The notes under the pieces were generated by a model that saw only the letters and a program-made list of their open reading frames with translations, had not been told where the DNA came from and did no database searches. 34,216 bases of DNA, from IMG/VR virus record IMGVR_UViG_3300029181_000137; one strand, written 5' to 3'. Each line of letters starts with the position of its first letter. The first letter of the stretch is position 1. A program made the position numbers and the translations under genes. Source of the stretch: a virus. Lineage: Duplodnaviria; Heunggongvirae; Uroviricota; Caudoviricetes. Positions 1 through 9,939 of this stretch are shown here, piece after piece.

Positions 1-585
1 TTACTCCGGATATTTAAAAATTACGTAGGTATGCGAAGGGCAGAGTTTGTTAAGCACGCACTCGACAACGGTGTCGCCCCAGATACGCAGTGCGGAATCA
101 CAGGGATCGCCACATGTCATCCAGGTGGTGTTGGTGGCGGCTGGCATGTTGACCTGCCAGTAATACCGCCATTCCGGCGCATTCACTGCGTCAGTACAGG
201 CCGATGAGCAGGTGAACGTGCTTTTATCGTATCGCGTGATAGTGGCGTCTGGTCTGCCCAGGGCAGCAAGCTGTGCAAGGTAAAAATCCTCATTGATGCC
301 GCCCGCCAGATTAACCTTCGCATCCAGCCGTTGCTGACGCTGGCGAAGGGTCTGTGTCCCTGCGGGAATACATTCATCCGGCAGACCGCACAGACGCTCC
401 CAGCGGTTTATCAGTTCAGTGGTGGTGCGCGGATCCAGCTCCCGCATCAGGGCATCCGCACGCTGATGAACGCGGGTTAATGAAGGTGCCGCACCGGCAA
501 TCGCCGGATCGCTGGCTGACCATGCAGGACCGGGCGGCAACAGTGCCGATAACAGGCGGATGTAATCATCGTTTGTCACGTCCAT
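1..585 (-). CDS. Tail protein, Mu gp48-like (DUF2313/YmfQ-like)
   Basis: 194-aa ORF whose stop codon is the first 3 bases of the window; sits directly downstream of the baseplate J-like gene as in Mu-type tail modules; family assigned from memory. Confidence 0.6.
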   Translation of the reverse strand: MDVTNDDYIRLLSALLPPGPAWSASDPAIAGAAPSLTRVHQRADALMRELDPRTTTELINRWERLCGLPDECIPAGTQTLRQRQQRLDAKVNLAGGINEDFYLAQLAALGRPDATITRYDKSTFTCSSACTDAVNAPEWRYYWQVNMPAATNTTWMTCGDPCDSALRIWGDTVVECVLNKLCPSHTYVIFKYPE

Positions 586-1634
586 GAAATCGTCCCCAGA
601 ACCGCCAGTTCATTTTTTGCAATGGAGATATTGTCCGCCGGGGCAAGCAACTGATGGCTGTATTCCCCGTTCGCACCGGAAATCGCCTCACTGATACGCG
701 ATACCTTCAGTTCTCCCTGAGGATAACCATCACGCAGCAGGAACGAACGCAACTCTGCGGTGATGGCAGCCCGTATTTCCGGTGTGTCCGGCGTCACGCG
801 GATATGAAAATCCACTTTATGCGCCACCGGCCTGAATACATACAAATCAGAGCCTGCCACCGGGGCCAGTGGCTCAATGTGTTGTCTTGCCGCCGTTTCC
901 GTTGATTCTTCCGGAATGGGATTAATCAGGTCACTGCTGGCAATCATCACACCGACAGTTCCCGTTCCCATCCAGTGACGGTATGTCCATGCGCGGGTAA
1001 TGCCGGGCACTTCTTTAGCCCAGACGACATAGTCCACGTCAGCCCCGCCCTGCGGCGTCCAGTAATACCGCTCAATGATGCGGGCGCGCCACGTTTCCAG
1101 CTCTTCAGTATCAAATCCGCCTGTCAGGGTGTCAGCCACACCGGAAGACGGCAGACCATTCACCGGCGTGACCAGGATTAATGCCGTACCGTCGTCAGCG
1201 TTACCGACCGCACCTGCACTTGAGCAGGCGATCGGCACGCGCAGGACACCACCGGAGCTGGTTGCATCGTCAGTTGTCGTGTACTGCACCAGGTCATCGC
1301 GCTGAATAACACTCCCGGCGGTCACCTTCAGGCCATCGCTGACACCTTCCCAGCGCATATACCCACTGGCAGCCGTGGCTCCCTTGCGCGGACACCGTTT
1401 CATCGCAGCATGTCGCGCCAGCCAGGACTCATCGCACAGGTCAGGCAGCATGTTCATTGCCAGATAATCGATGTAACCGTAAACCGTATGCAGCGCCGCC
1501 GCATACACCTTTGCCCGCACGTCTTCATCCATGCGCCGGAGCGTGTCGCTGACGTCCAGCCTGGCGAATAAATCGTTACGGAGCATACTGATATTTTCTG
1601 CCAGCGTCGGGCGCTGAAATTCACTGTCCGCCAT
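576..1634 (-). CDS. Baseplate J-like protein (Mu gp47-like)
   Basis: 352-aa ORF, size and position typical of baseplate J family, overlapping its neighbours as in an operon. Confidence 0.75.
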   Translation of the reverse strand: MADSEFQRPTLAENISMLRNDLFARLDVSDTLRRMDEDVRAKVYAAALHTVYGYIDYLAMNMLPDLCDESWLARHAAMKRCPRKGATAASGYMRWEGVSDGLKVTAGSVIQRDDLVQYTTTDDATSSGGVLRVPIACSSAGAVGNADDGTALILVTPVNGLPSSGVADTLTGGFDTEELETWRARIIERYYWTPQGGADVDYVVWAKEVPGITRAWTYRHWMGTGTVGVMIASSDLINPIPEESTETAARQHIEPLAPVAGSDLYVFRPVAHKVDFHIRVTPDTPEIRAAITAELRSFLLRDGYPQGELKVSRISEAISGANGEYSHQLLAPADNISIAKNELAVLGTISWT

Positions 1635-2049
1635 GCGTTATCGCACTCCACAGATCATCAAAAGAAATCATTACCGGTCCGTCACGACGCCAGAGAGTGA
1701 TACTGTTACCCAGTTCATTAATCCCGGTGCGGCGGATATCCAGATCAATACGGGACACCACGCCGTCATCAATCATCCATTGCAGGCATTCGCGGATATA
1801 CCCCCTTACCGTCTGCACCAGCTGATTGGTCAGTTTGCTGCGCTGAAGCAGCCACAGTCGGGAGCCGTAACGGTCATTCTGTACCGCAGGCCAGGTATCC
1901 CCCCACCATCCCATCGGGACGTCAGCATTGTCATCAGGTTCAGCCCGCCGCCAGGTGAACAGGGAAATCACCACGGCACGGGTCAGCGGATCCAGCGGTG
2001 CGCTGGCGCAGGTGCGTTTACCGTTCACCGTCAGCCACAGTTCCATCAT
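1621..2049 (-). CDS. Baseplate protein, Mu gp46-like
   Basis: 142-aa ORF between baseplate V-like and J-like genes; size and synteny match the GP46 family. Confidence 0.65.
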   Translation of the reverse strand: MMELWLTVNGKRTCASAPLDPLTRAVVISLFTWRRAEPDDNADVPMGWWGDTWPAVQNDRYGSRLWLLQRSKLTNQLVQTVRGYIRECLQWMIDDGVVSRIDLDIRRTGINELGNSITLWRRDGPVMISFDDLWSAITHGGQ

Positions 2050-2594
2050 GCCTCCATCGCTTTATCAGGTTTGTCGGTGTTACTGCCCTGACCGTTCTCT
2101 CTGTGACGATGCCCGTTATAGGCAAGCCGCATCGCTGACATGGTGGTGCCGCTGGAGTCGCACAGGTCTTTCACCTGTCCGGTCACTTCCAGGTCCATTT
2201 CAAAACGAGCCTTAGGCGCATTGCGAAACTTGATCGTTTTACCTGCACCGTCCACCACGATCCCCGCCCGGGTCAGCGTCACGGACTGCCCCTGATCGTC
2301 ATAGACAGCAACCTCACCCGTCTGCAGCCCTTTCAGGCGGTAGCGCCGGTCCGACACCGTAACAACCACCGCATGAGAACGGTCACCATCCGGAAACAAC
2401 ACCACCGCTTCCGCACCGCTGTTTGCCCTTGCGGTAAAACCGTAGGGTTCAAGATGTTCAACCCCGGCTTTGGGTTCACCGGCAATCAGGGACACATCCA
2501 CGGTCTGACATTTCGTGGCGGCACTGATGCTTTTCACCACCGCCCGCCCAATCAGGCCGAGGAGTTGTCGCTGTATGGTTTCAATCGCCTTCAT
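2046..2594 (-). CDS. Baseplate assembly protein V / spike (Mu gp45-like)
   Basis: 182-aa ORF, 4-bp overlap with downstream gene, in the conserved position between gpD-like and gp46-like genes. Confidence 0.7.
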   Translation of the reverse strand: MKAIETIQRQLLGLIGRAVVKSISAATKCQTVDVSLIAGEPKAGVEHLEPYGFTARANSGAEAVVLFPDGDRSHAVVVTVSDRRYRLKGLQTGEVAVYDDQGQSVTLTRAGIVVDGAGKTIKFRNAPKARFEMDLEVTGQVKDLCDSSGTTMSAMRLAYNGHRHRENGQGSNTDKPDKAMEA

Positions 2595-3673
2595 CAGAAC
2601 GGGTCCTCCTGTACTCTGGCTTTTTTCTTTTTCCGCGCGCCGGGGGCTTCGGGTTCAGGCAGATAAGCATCAGGTGGGCCGACACGGATTTCCGTCAGGG
2701 TGCCATTCTGGTCCTGAGTAAACGTGACTTCCGAGACAAGCAGTTCGGTATTGTCGAAACCACAGACCGGATCGAAGACAATCACCCGCTGGTTGGGCTG
2801 CCACAGCGTACCGTTACCCTGTCGCCAGCCCTGCACCACATAGGTGGTTTCATCCGTCCGCGCCGCCCGTTGTCGGGCTTCAAAGTCAGCACGCGCAATA
2901 CAGCCTGCCCCCGTAGCCTGCCCTGTCTGCCTGATATACATCGGACGGTAACGGGCAATAAATGCATCCTCTGTGCGGGCCCGCAGCGCGGTGGTGGTGG
3001 CCTCACCGAAATCATCGTCGTTTCCGGCACGCTGCCCCGCCACCTGGTAAACTGAAAACCGCTCCCGGATACTCTTCTCCGTATCACAGGAAAGGATGTT
3101 TTCCCCGAGTACCAACGCGGTATGTGCCCGCGTTGAGCCAATACCGCCAATCACCAGCCTGCCGTGCGGGTCGTCATAAGCCAGCGCCTGCTGCTGACCG
3201 AGTATTTTGTTGATCACCTCAATCACCGTTTCACCGTGATCAGGCTGGACATCAGGAATAACACCCGACGGCGCACCGCTGTTCACCACCTCAATGCCGA
3301 AAGGCGCAGCAAGCGCCTGCGCAATCTGTACCAGCGATCGTCCGTTAAACTGTGTCGGTTCGGCTGCACAGTCAATCAGGTCAGCGGTCAGACTACGTCC
3401 GGCAATACCGGTGCTGACCGAACGAGCATCGTAACGAACGGGCGTCGCCTCCACCCAGCCGGTGATCACCAGCTCATCACCAATCAGCACTTCCACTTTT
3501 GAACCGTTTTTAATGCGCGGCTGAAGCGTGGTAATACCCTCATCTCCCGGCCACTGGCGGGTGATCTCCACACTGAAATCCCGCGCCAATCGTTCAACAC
3601 CGGCACCGATGCGCACCGATGTCCAGCCATTCCACTCCCGGCCATTTACCCGTAGCGTGACGTTATCGTTCAT
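2594..3673 (-). CDS. Baseplate hub, late control D family (Mu gp44/P-like)
   Basis: 359-aa ORF downstream of the DNA circulation N-like gene; size and synteny of gpD/Mu P family. Confidence 0.7.
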   Translation of the reverse strand: MNDNVTLRVNGREWNGWTSVRIGAGVERLARDFSVEITRQWPGDEGITTLQPRIKNGSKVEVLIGDELVITGWVEATPVRYDARSVSTGIAGRSLTADLIDCAAEPTQFNGRSLVQIAQALAAPFGIEVVNSGAPSGVIPDVQPDHGETVIEVINKILGQQQALAYDDPHGRLVIGGIGSTRAHTALVLGENILSCDTEKSIRERFSVYQVAGQRAGNDDDFGEATTTALRARTEDAFIARYRPMYIRQTGQATGAGCIARADFEARQRAARTDETTYVVQGWRQGNGTLWQPNQRVIVFDPVCGFDNTELLVSEVTFTQDQNGTLTEIRVGPPDAYLPEPEAPGARKKKKARVQEDPF

Positions 3674-4998
3674 TGCACTGGCACCTTCAGAGGGATCACC
3701 GGCACAAAGCCGGGATGCGTAATGGCATTACGCCGGATAATGTCCGCGTCACGCGCCGCGTTATCAAACCAGGTCGCCGCCAGCACCAGCGCGGGTAAAA
3801 CCTCATCCGGCGTGCGCTGAATGATCCGTGCAGACTGTTTAAGGCGCGTGTTGATATCCGCATTCAGATCTGCTTTCACCCGGCGCAGCGCCAGAAACAG
3901 CGCATCACTGGTTGTACGGGACAACTCCTTATCAATTGCCGTATTCAGTGTGTAGCGAATGTCAGTCAGTTCTTCCCACGTCGGCAGGTCAACCGTGCTT
4001 TTCACCGCCGGTGCATTGTTCAGTGCCGGATGCGTGACGGAAGGCCAGCCAGTGCTCTGCGCGGGTGTTGTTGCCTGCCCCACTGCGGCATTCTGCATCA
4101 CCGCGGAAGTTGTTGGCGCAGGTAATCGGGTGACGGCATACGCCGCTTCGCTGATTGCGGTCGTACGAAGGATGCTGGCAACCACGTTACGCTGCTGCGT
4201 CGCCGTGGCGGTGGTTTTACTGTCCGTTTTCCAGACGCCGCGCGGTTGCAGATCACTGCCGAGGCTGACACCGGAAAGCGTTTTGATCATGGTGACCAGG
4301 TCGCTGGCGTTACCATAAAGGCGTTTCCCGGTACGCCACATTTTCTGCACCTGCTCAACGAAATTTTTGCCTGACGATGGCGGCGGCAGAAGTACCGAGA
4401 TATCCCCCTGCAACAGCCTGGCGGCATCCGATACGGCAGAATCCACCACTTTCATCGCATCAGAAACATACCCAAGCATTGTGCTGGCATTACCGACGAC
4501 ATCGTTCTGCACAAAATCTGCCACGCCATCGATACTGAAACTACTGAAACTGTCACTGATGCAGTCATCCAGTGCAGAACAGGATGACATCAGCGTCTGC
4601 GCCGTCGCCGCACCTGATGTGGGGTAAGAGAGTTCTCCCGCTTCGACAAACTTCAGGTCAAAGCGGACAATACGCCCTTCACTCTTCGATGTGCTGACCC
4701 GAACTTCTCCGTCAACACAGACTTTCAGTTCACCGTAAGTCGGATGGACAAGCGTGCCGGGACCGGGTTTATTCAGCGCGTCAATCAGGCGATCGCGCTG
4801 GTCAAAGCAATCATCTCCCACCACATAAGCCGTGATGGACGGGCGGAAAGTGATTTTCCCCAGGTCTTCGGTATAGGGTTTGTCGCGGTTCGGGTATTCG
4901 TGCGTTTCCACACGACGTCCAGTTCCCGCACTTTCTTCTTCAACCTTAAACGGCACACCTCGAAATGACGCATCCTGAAGCCTGTCTTTCCACGTCAT
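3670..4998 (-). CDS. DNA circulation protein N-like (Mu gp43)
   Basis: 442-aa ORF; N-terminus (WKDRLQDASFRGVPF...HEYPNRDKPYTEDLGK) matches the remembered DNA_circ_N signature; SD GGAG upstream. Confidence 0.75.
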   Translation of the reverse strand: MTWKDRLQDASFRGVPFKVEEESAGTGRRVETHEYPNRDKPYTEDLGKITFRPSITAYVVGDDCFDQRDRLIDALNKPGPGTLVHPTYGELKVCVDGEVRVSTSKSEGRIVRFDLKFVEAGELSYPTSGAATAQTLMSSCSALDDCISDSFSSFSIDGVADFVQNDVVGNASTMLGYVSDAMKVVDSAVSDAARLLQGDISVLLPPPSSGKNFVEQVQKMWRTGKRLYGNASDLVTMIKTLSGVSLGSDLQPRGVWKTDSKTTATATQQRNVVASILRTTAISEAAYAVTRLPAPTTSAVMQNAAVGQATTPAQSTGWPSVTHPALNNAPAVKSTVDLPTWEELTDIRYTLNTAIDKELSRTTSDALFLALRRVKADLNADINTRLKQSARIIQRTPDEVLPALVLAATWFDNAARDADIIRRNAITHPGFVPVIPLKVPVQ

Positions 4999-5010
4999 AT
5001 ATACTCCGAA

Positions 5011-5040
5011 AATTAAAAAGCCACCTATTAGAAGGTGGCC
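5011..5040 (-). terminator. Intrinsic terminator downstream of the tail-module moron
   Basis: Minus-strand hairpin GCCACC-TTCTAAT-AGGTGGC followed by TTTTTAATTTT, 20 bp after the moron stop codon. Confidence 0.55.
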
Positions 5041-5059
5041 TTGTAATGAATTTTATTAA

Positions 5060-5590
5060 TTAGCGAGTCAGAAACAACGAATCTTTATACTTTTGCTGTT
5101 GTTCATTTAAATACTTAGCTGTTTCATCGCTGGCAAATGGAAATATTACCGTATTTTTAGGCATGGTAATTTCTTTTTTGTCCAGCGTCAGAGTAAACAT
5201 AGGAACATACTGAGCAGAGTAACGCACCGCAGAAACGAGCTCTAGTTTAGACTCTTCAACAACACTTAAATTATCCAGGCTAACTTTCTCTTCATCTTTT
5301 TTCTTTGACGCATTTAAAGTTTTTATTACTTTATTTAATTCCTCCTGAAAATCCTCCTTAAAGTTTTCAGGATTGCCGTCGACAACAAGAATCTGTTCAC
5401 CCTGATTATCTGGAAAAATAATCTTTGCACTTATCAATTTATTTTCTTTATAAACATCACCAAGTTTTATGGCTCCTCCAGATAACTGAATAATATGTTC
5501 ATCTTTAAAGGAGATGTTGCCAGAGATTATGAGAGATGAAAAAATAGCCGCTGCTCCAAGAATTACACTTGCTGTGATATAGCCTTTCAT
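5060..5590 (-). CDS. AT-rich moron: hypothetical secreted/membrane-anchored protein
   Basis: 176-aa ORF with hydrophobic N-terminus (MKGYITASVILGAAAIFSSLIISG) and Lys/Glu-rich body; about 25-30% GC by eye versus about 55% in flanking tail genes; own promoter-like and terminator elements. Confidence 0.7.
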   Translation of the reverse strand: MKGYITASVILGAAAIFSSLIISGNISFKDEHIIQLSGGAIKLGDVYKENKLISAKIIFPDNQGEQILVVDGNPENFKEDFQEELNKVIKTLNASKKKDEEKVSLDNLSVVEESKLELVSAVRYSAQYVPMFTLTLDKKEITMPKNTVIFPFASDETAKYLNEQQQKYKDSLFLTR

Positions 5591-5625
5591 TTTTCGCCTA
5601 TTAACATTTTTCTAAATGTGCATTA

Positions 5626-5653
5626 ATTCTATCACTCTATTTATGACTTACAA
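5626..5653 (-). promoter_or_regulatory. Candidate sigma70 promoter of the tail-module moron
   Basis: Minus strand reads TTGTAA-16 nt-TAGAAT about 35 nt upstream of the moron ATG. Confidence 0.35.
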
Positions 5654-5681
5654 CCAGCAATACCTGTGAGGGGAATCCTAG

Positions 5682-7514
5682 CTACCAAAATCGGGTATAG
5701 CCAACATCGTGATTTATATCAATGCCACTGGAGCGTGTTTCCGTAACCCGCATACCTGGTGGCATATTTATAAATGATACCTTGATCTCACCATCAACTT
5801 TTGGCGCAGAAGCTTTGTTAATCATGAAGGGATTCGAGCCTGTGGCACCGGAGGCGTTGTTTGACTGAGCCAGATCCACCGCCGGATAAGGTGTGTATCC
5901 CCGCGCCGGTATTCCCGTCCCATAAGCATCATAAGCACCCGCGCCCCACTGCGCAGAGTTAATGGCATCGACCGTGTCACCAGAACTGTCGGTAAACCAC
6001 TCAATAATTGGCTTCAGCTTGTCCCACATATCCTGAAACCACTTAACAACCGGCCCCCAGTTATTGATCACCATCCCCAGCGGCGACCAGGCAAAAACTT
6101 TCTTAAGGAGTTCCCAGCCAGCCTCAAAATAAGGACCAATGGTTTCCCAGAGTTTCTTAAAATAAGGTCCGACAACATCCCAGTTAGTGATAATTAATCC
6201 CGCAGCCAGGGCTATCGCCGTCGCAATCATGCCAATCGGCGTCATCGACATGATCCTGCTGACAATGCTGATGGCACTGCCCACGCCCATCAATCCCAGT
6301 TTCAGAATCGCAAGACCGGCAGCAAGCCCGACGACGCCGCGAATAACCCGGGGATTTTCATCCGCAAACTTCGTGAATTTCTCCCCCAACTCCCCCAGCC
6401 ACTGCGTGATGTTCTTAGCGTCACCAGAAAATGCGCCGCCAATAGCCGCAAGGCCGTTGGTTGCGGTCCCCGTCATTGCCTCCCACAGGTTGGACAGCGT
6501 ACCAAGCTGTGCCTGAACACGTTTATTCAGGCTGGCCTGTTTATTCATCTTCTGCTGGATCTGATCGTAGCCATCCTTTCCTTTATCGATCAGCGCATTG
6601 ACCACCTGAAGGGTTTCGGCGTCATCACCAAATATTGCCTTAAGTACACCAGTTCGTTTAACGTCGGTCAGTTGTCGCAGCTTTGCCAGTTGCCTGAACA
6701 TGTTATCAAGACCGCCAAAACTCCCTTTGCCGTCAGTAAAATCGAGCTGTACCCCGAGTTTCTGGCGGGCCATGATTTTATTGACGTCCCTGATTTTCTT
6801 AACGCTTAATCCGGACTGGATAACTTTTCGCAGGGCGTTACCTGCCGACTCCCCGTTCATCCCCATCTGATCCATCATGACGCTGATGGGGGCAAGGCTC
6901 TGTGCAGCCTGAAGACCGTCCTTGTTCACCATCTTCAGAACAGAGCTGGTTTTAGTGAAGAAGGACAACATGTTGGTATCGTCAACGCCCAGATAAAACG
7001 CCTTCTGGATAGTGTCGAACAGCCCCATCATGTCTTCTGACGCCGTTCCGGTAGCATCCTGCATCTTTGCGGAAAACTCAGCAGCCGCTTCCGGTGTTTT
7101 TTTCAGTTGTACCGCAAGATAAGCTGTCGCTTTACCCACACCACCCAGAATGTTTTCTGCCGGGATCCCCTGACGCACCAGCATCTGCATCATGTTCTGG
7201 AAATCAGCCGTTGTACCGGGTAGCTGGTTACCCAGGCCAATAGCCAGTTTATTGATGTCCTGAAAGCTCTTTCCGACCTCGCCGTTCGCATCCATCATGG
7301 CGACTTTCAGCCCGGTGGCGGCGTTTTCCTGATCGGCATAAGATTTCAGGGAAAGCGTCAGACCCGCTGCCAGTCCGCCACCAAGCGCCAGCCCACCCTG
7401 TGACGCTTCTTCCGCCTGGCGTTTAAATCCCCGGATTTTCTTTTGCATTTTCGACAGCGCGGGAGAAAGCCTGTCGACACCGGTGATCAACGCCTTAAGC
7501 TCAAATTCAGCCAT
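5682..7514 (-). CDS. Tail tape measure protein
   Basis: 610-aa ORF, Ala/Gly/Leu-rich with hydrophobic C-terminal stretch, immediately downstream of the chaperone frameshift pair. Confidence 0.85.
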   Translation of the reverse strand: MAEFELKALITGVDRLSPALSKMQKKIRGFKRQAEEASQGGLALGGGLAAGLTLSLKSYADQENAATGLKVAMMDANGEVGKSFQDINKLAIGLGNQLPGTTADFQNMMQMLVRQGIPAENILGGVGKATAYLAVQLKKTPEAAAEFSAKMQDATGTASEDMMGLFDTIQKAFYLGVDDTNMLSFFTKTSSVLKMVNKDGLQAAQSLAPISVMMDQMGMNGESAGNALRKVIQSGLSVKKIRDVNKIMARQKLGVQLDFTDGKGSFGGLDNMFRQLAKLRQLTDVKRTGVLKAIFGDDAETLQVVNALIDKGKDGYDQIQQKMNKQASLNKRVQAQLGTLSNLWEAMTGTATNGLAAIGGAFSGDAKNITQWLGELGEKFTKFADENPRVIRGVVGLAAGLAILKLGLMGVGSAISIVSRIMSMTPIGMIATAIALAAGLIITNWDVVGPYFKKLWETIGPYFEAGWELLKKVFAWSPLGMVINNWGPVVKWFQDMWDKLKPIIEWFTDSSGDTVDAINSAQWGAGAYDAYGTGIPARGYTPYPAVDLAQSNNASGATGSNPFMINKASAPKVDGEIKVSFINMPPGMRVTETRSSGIDINHDVGYTRFW

Positions 7515-7689
7515 GTGTGCGTTTCTCCTGCTCTATCCTGTTTGCCTGACTGACCAGTAAGGGAATTTCACTGATCGGCATATTCAGCAATTCGAAAGGA
7601 TTAATGCGCCAGTAGCTGGCGCAGTCAAAGAAGCGATCAGTGAGGTATTCAGCCGTCAGGCCTGGAGGAAAAAACCAGCCACAAGCCAC
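7507..7689 (-). other. -1 frame extension of the tail chaperone (programmed frameshift product C-terminus)
   Basis: Overlapping -1 frame ORF with no ATG (GTG-initiated in the ORF track); slippery heptamer T-TTT-TTC on the minus strand at 7668..7674, just before the frame-0 stop; extension ends overlapping the tape-measure start. Confidence 0.6.
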
Positions 7690-7925
7690 GCCGCTGCATT
7701 CAGGTCTGCCGGAGACATCTGGTCGACAGAGCTTTGCGGCACTTTCGCCAGCCGCACAATGTATTTCGACACCACATGCGCCAGAAGTCTGACGGACTCA
7801 TCCTGATTCATCTGGTAGGGATACCCCAGCTCGCGGACATCCTTCCCGGTGGGTTCATCAAACTCCAGTACGGAGAGTGTCTCACCATGAGCGATAATCG
7901 GTTTCTTTAACTCAAGCTCTTTCAT
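7656..7925 (-). CDS. Tail assembly chaperone (Mu gp41-like), frame-0 product
   Basis: 89-aa ORF between tail tube and tape measure genes. Confidence 0.7.
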   Translation of the reverse strand: MKELELKKPIIAHGETLSVLEFDEPTGKDVRELGYPYQMNQDESVRLLAHVVSKYIVRLAKVPQSSVDQMSPADLNAAAWLVAGFFLQA

Positions 7926-8281
7926 TACTGGTAATCCCCTTCTTCACCGTGGAACTCAAGATCAACCGTGCCTTCTTCGGCATTATGGTTCGCTTCGCCG
8001 TGCAGCCAGGCGGACGACAATACATAGACCTGACCGTTCGCCAGCTCGGCAGTGATGGTCATCTCATCAGACGAGGTGATTTTGCTCACCGGAAAATTCT
8101 TCGGCACCTTGAAGGTCCCTTTGACATAAGGCGCACGGTGAGTTTCCTTGCGGTCCACTGAACCGTCCAGGCCGATGATGTCATCATTGACCGTCCTGTT
8201 CATGGGCACCTCAATGCCGCCGGTCAGCGATAGCTGCTGACCGTCAATTTTGAAATAACAGGTTCCCCCGATACGGGCCAT
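7925..8281 (-). CDS. Tail tube protein (Mu M/gp40-like)
   Basis: 118-aa ORF directly downstream of the sheath gene, stop/start overlap. Confidence 0.75.
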   Translation of the reverse strand: MARIGGTCYFKIDGQQLSLTGGIEVPMNRTVNDDIIGLDGSVDRKETHRAPYVKGTFKVPKNFPVSKITSSDEMTITAELANGQVYVLSSAWLHGEANHNAEEGTVDLEFHGEEGDYQ

Positions 8282-9777
8282 TATGCAGACTCCTCTGAAT
8301 ACTGAAGACGGAACTGGTTAACCACGGCAAAAACACGCAACTGGTTAACATAGTCAGGCGGGAACAGCGTGTTCAGGCGGTTCGGATCGCTGGCATCACG
8401 CTCAACAACCAGGTACTGCTTAAACAGTTCGTAGTTTTCCACGATCCCCGCACGCTCAAGCTGACGGTAGGTTGCCAGCAGTTCCCCTTTGATTACCGCC
8501 GGGGTGACAATCGCCTGACCGGGACCAAAGCGGGTACCGTCGCTGGCAAGCTTGTGACGCCCGTACTTACTGGTAATGACGGATTTCAGTTTGCGCAGTA
8601 CATACGCACTGGTATGCAGCGTCTCGCTGTCGAGGTAGCTGTTATCCGCAACCCCGTAAGCATTTTTCCTGTACGTGGTGACATCACGCTGAATGCGCAG
8701 CCCCCCGCTTTCGACATACGCCGTTGCCACGCCATGAGACAGCAGGGTCTGCTGCTCGGTCATCGTGAACCGTTTCCCCTTCGGCGCAGGCAGCATACCC
8801 ACCAGCTCACCGGTCTGCGTGGGACGTGCCGGATCGTTGCGGATAAACACCGCTGCGCGGGCGGTACGGCTTGCCGCCAGCTCGTCGGCAGGCGTCTGGG
8901 TCTCTTTTTCGTACCCCGCCAGGGTGATGTGCTGCTGGTTAAACTGGTCACCTGCGTTCACCAGTTCTGACAGTGTGCCGGTCTTTGCCGTATACACATG
9001 ACCATACAGCTGACGCGCATAGCTCCAGCGACCGCTGGTATCGTTCATCTCGGTCACCAGCGTGTTAACGGAGGCCGTGTCGTTGAACGGCAGACCGATA
9101 TAATCAAACGGCTCATCCGCCATTGCAGCCACCGCGCCGGTGAGAACCGGAGCGCCCGTTCCGGCGGTCCCCGTCGCCACGGCAATCTGTACGCCCGCTG
9201 GCAGCACTTCGCCCCCACCGAAGCCGTAGTAATTGAGGCTGACAGGAATTTCATTCCCGCAAAGCCCCTTATGGCGAGCGGTCAATGTAACCACACCAGC
9301 CGAAGATGAGGCCGTAAACGGCAGGGCCGGAACGGCATTGATGGCATCTTTGATACTGCTGGCAATCGTCGCGACGTTATCGCCGTTGGTCACCGGTGCC
9401 TGCACGCGGGTACGTCCCACATAAACATTCACCGTGCCGGTTTCGGTTGCTGCCCCGGTCACCGTCAGCGTAACTGTTGCCGCCGCGCCTGTGGATTCAG
9501 GAACGGCAATCACATACAGCTCGCCAAACGGATCGGTCTGGCGATAAGCCTCGACCATACGCGCCAGCTGACTTCCCGCACCACAAATCTGGCGTGCATA
9601 GTCTGCCGACGGCATCAGTACCAGACTGTTGGCAACAATCTCTGCACCGTTATTGGCATGACCAATCAGCAGCGATGCTCCGCTGTCCTGTGCAGTATTC
9701 GCCGCCTGGTTATCCATTTCCGCATAAAACAACGGAACCAGCGTATTCGACGGAATGGTGTTAAAGCTTATCGTCAT
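8281..9777 (-). CDS. Contractile tail sheath protein (Mu L/gp39-like)
   Basis: 498-aa ORF, size and position of a myovirus sheath protein. Confidence 0.85.
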   Translation of the reverse strand: MTISFNTIPSNTLVPLFYAEMDNQAANTAQDSGASLLIGHANNGAEIVANSLVLMPSADYARQICGAGSQLARMVEAYRQTDPFGELYVIAVPESTGAAATVTLTVTGAATETGTVNVYVGRTRVQAPVTNGDNVATIASSIKDAINAVPALPFTASSSAGVVTLTARHKGLCGNEIPVSLNYYGFGGGEVLPAGVQIAVATGTAGTGAPVLTGAVAAMADEPFDYIGLPFNDTASVNTLVTEMNDTSGRWSYARQLYGHVYTAKTGTLSELVNAGDQFNQQHITLAGYEKETQTPADELAASRTARAAVFIRNDPARPTQTGELVGMLPAPKGKRFTMTEQQTLLSHGVATAYVESGGLRIQRDVTTYRKNAYGVADNSYLDSETLHTSAYVLRKLKSVITSKYGRHKLASDGTRFGPGQAIVTPAVIKGELLATYRQLERAGIVENYELFKQYLVVERDASDPNRLNTLFPPDYVNQLRVFAVVNQFRLQYSEESA

Positions 9778-9931
9778 CGGTATTCACCTTTTTATTCACG
9801 CGCCGGATATCACCCGCTGCTTCACGGCGCAGCCAGTAGTTGTTCTCGTCAACATTTCGCCCTTCGGCGGGCAAAAGGTCGCCGCGGGCAGGGTCAGGCA
9901 CTGACCGCCCTTTAACAGGTTTGACAAACAT
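9761..9931 (-). CDS. Small protein upstream of sheath (Mu gp38/DUF2635-like)
   Basis: 56-aa ORF I translated by hand (MFVKPVKGRSVPDPARGDLLPAEGRNVDENNYWLRREAAGDIRRVNKKVNTDDDKL); below the ORF-track size cutoff; fills the sheath-gp37 gap. Confidence 0.45.
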   Translation of the reverse strand: MFVKPVKGRSVPDPARGDLLPAEGRNVDENNYWLRREAAGDIRRVNKKVNTDDDKL

Positions 9932-9939
9932 GAGGATCC

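Noticed and set aside
8554-9001. Several 60-140 aa ORFs on both strands inside the sheath gene
   Set aside because: All are nested within the 498-aa sheath ORF in other frames; Arg/Pro/Cys-rich translations typical of GC-rich off-frame reading.
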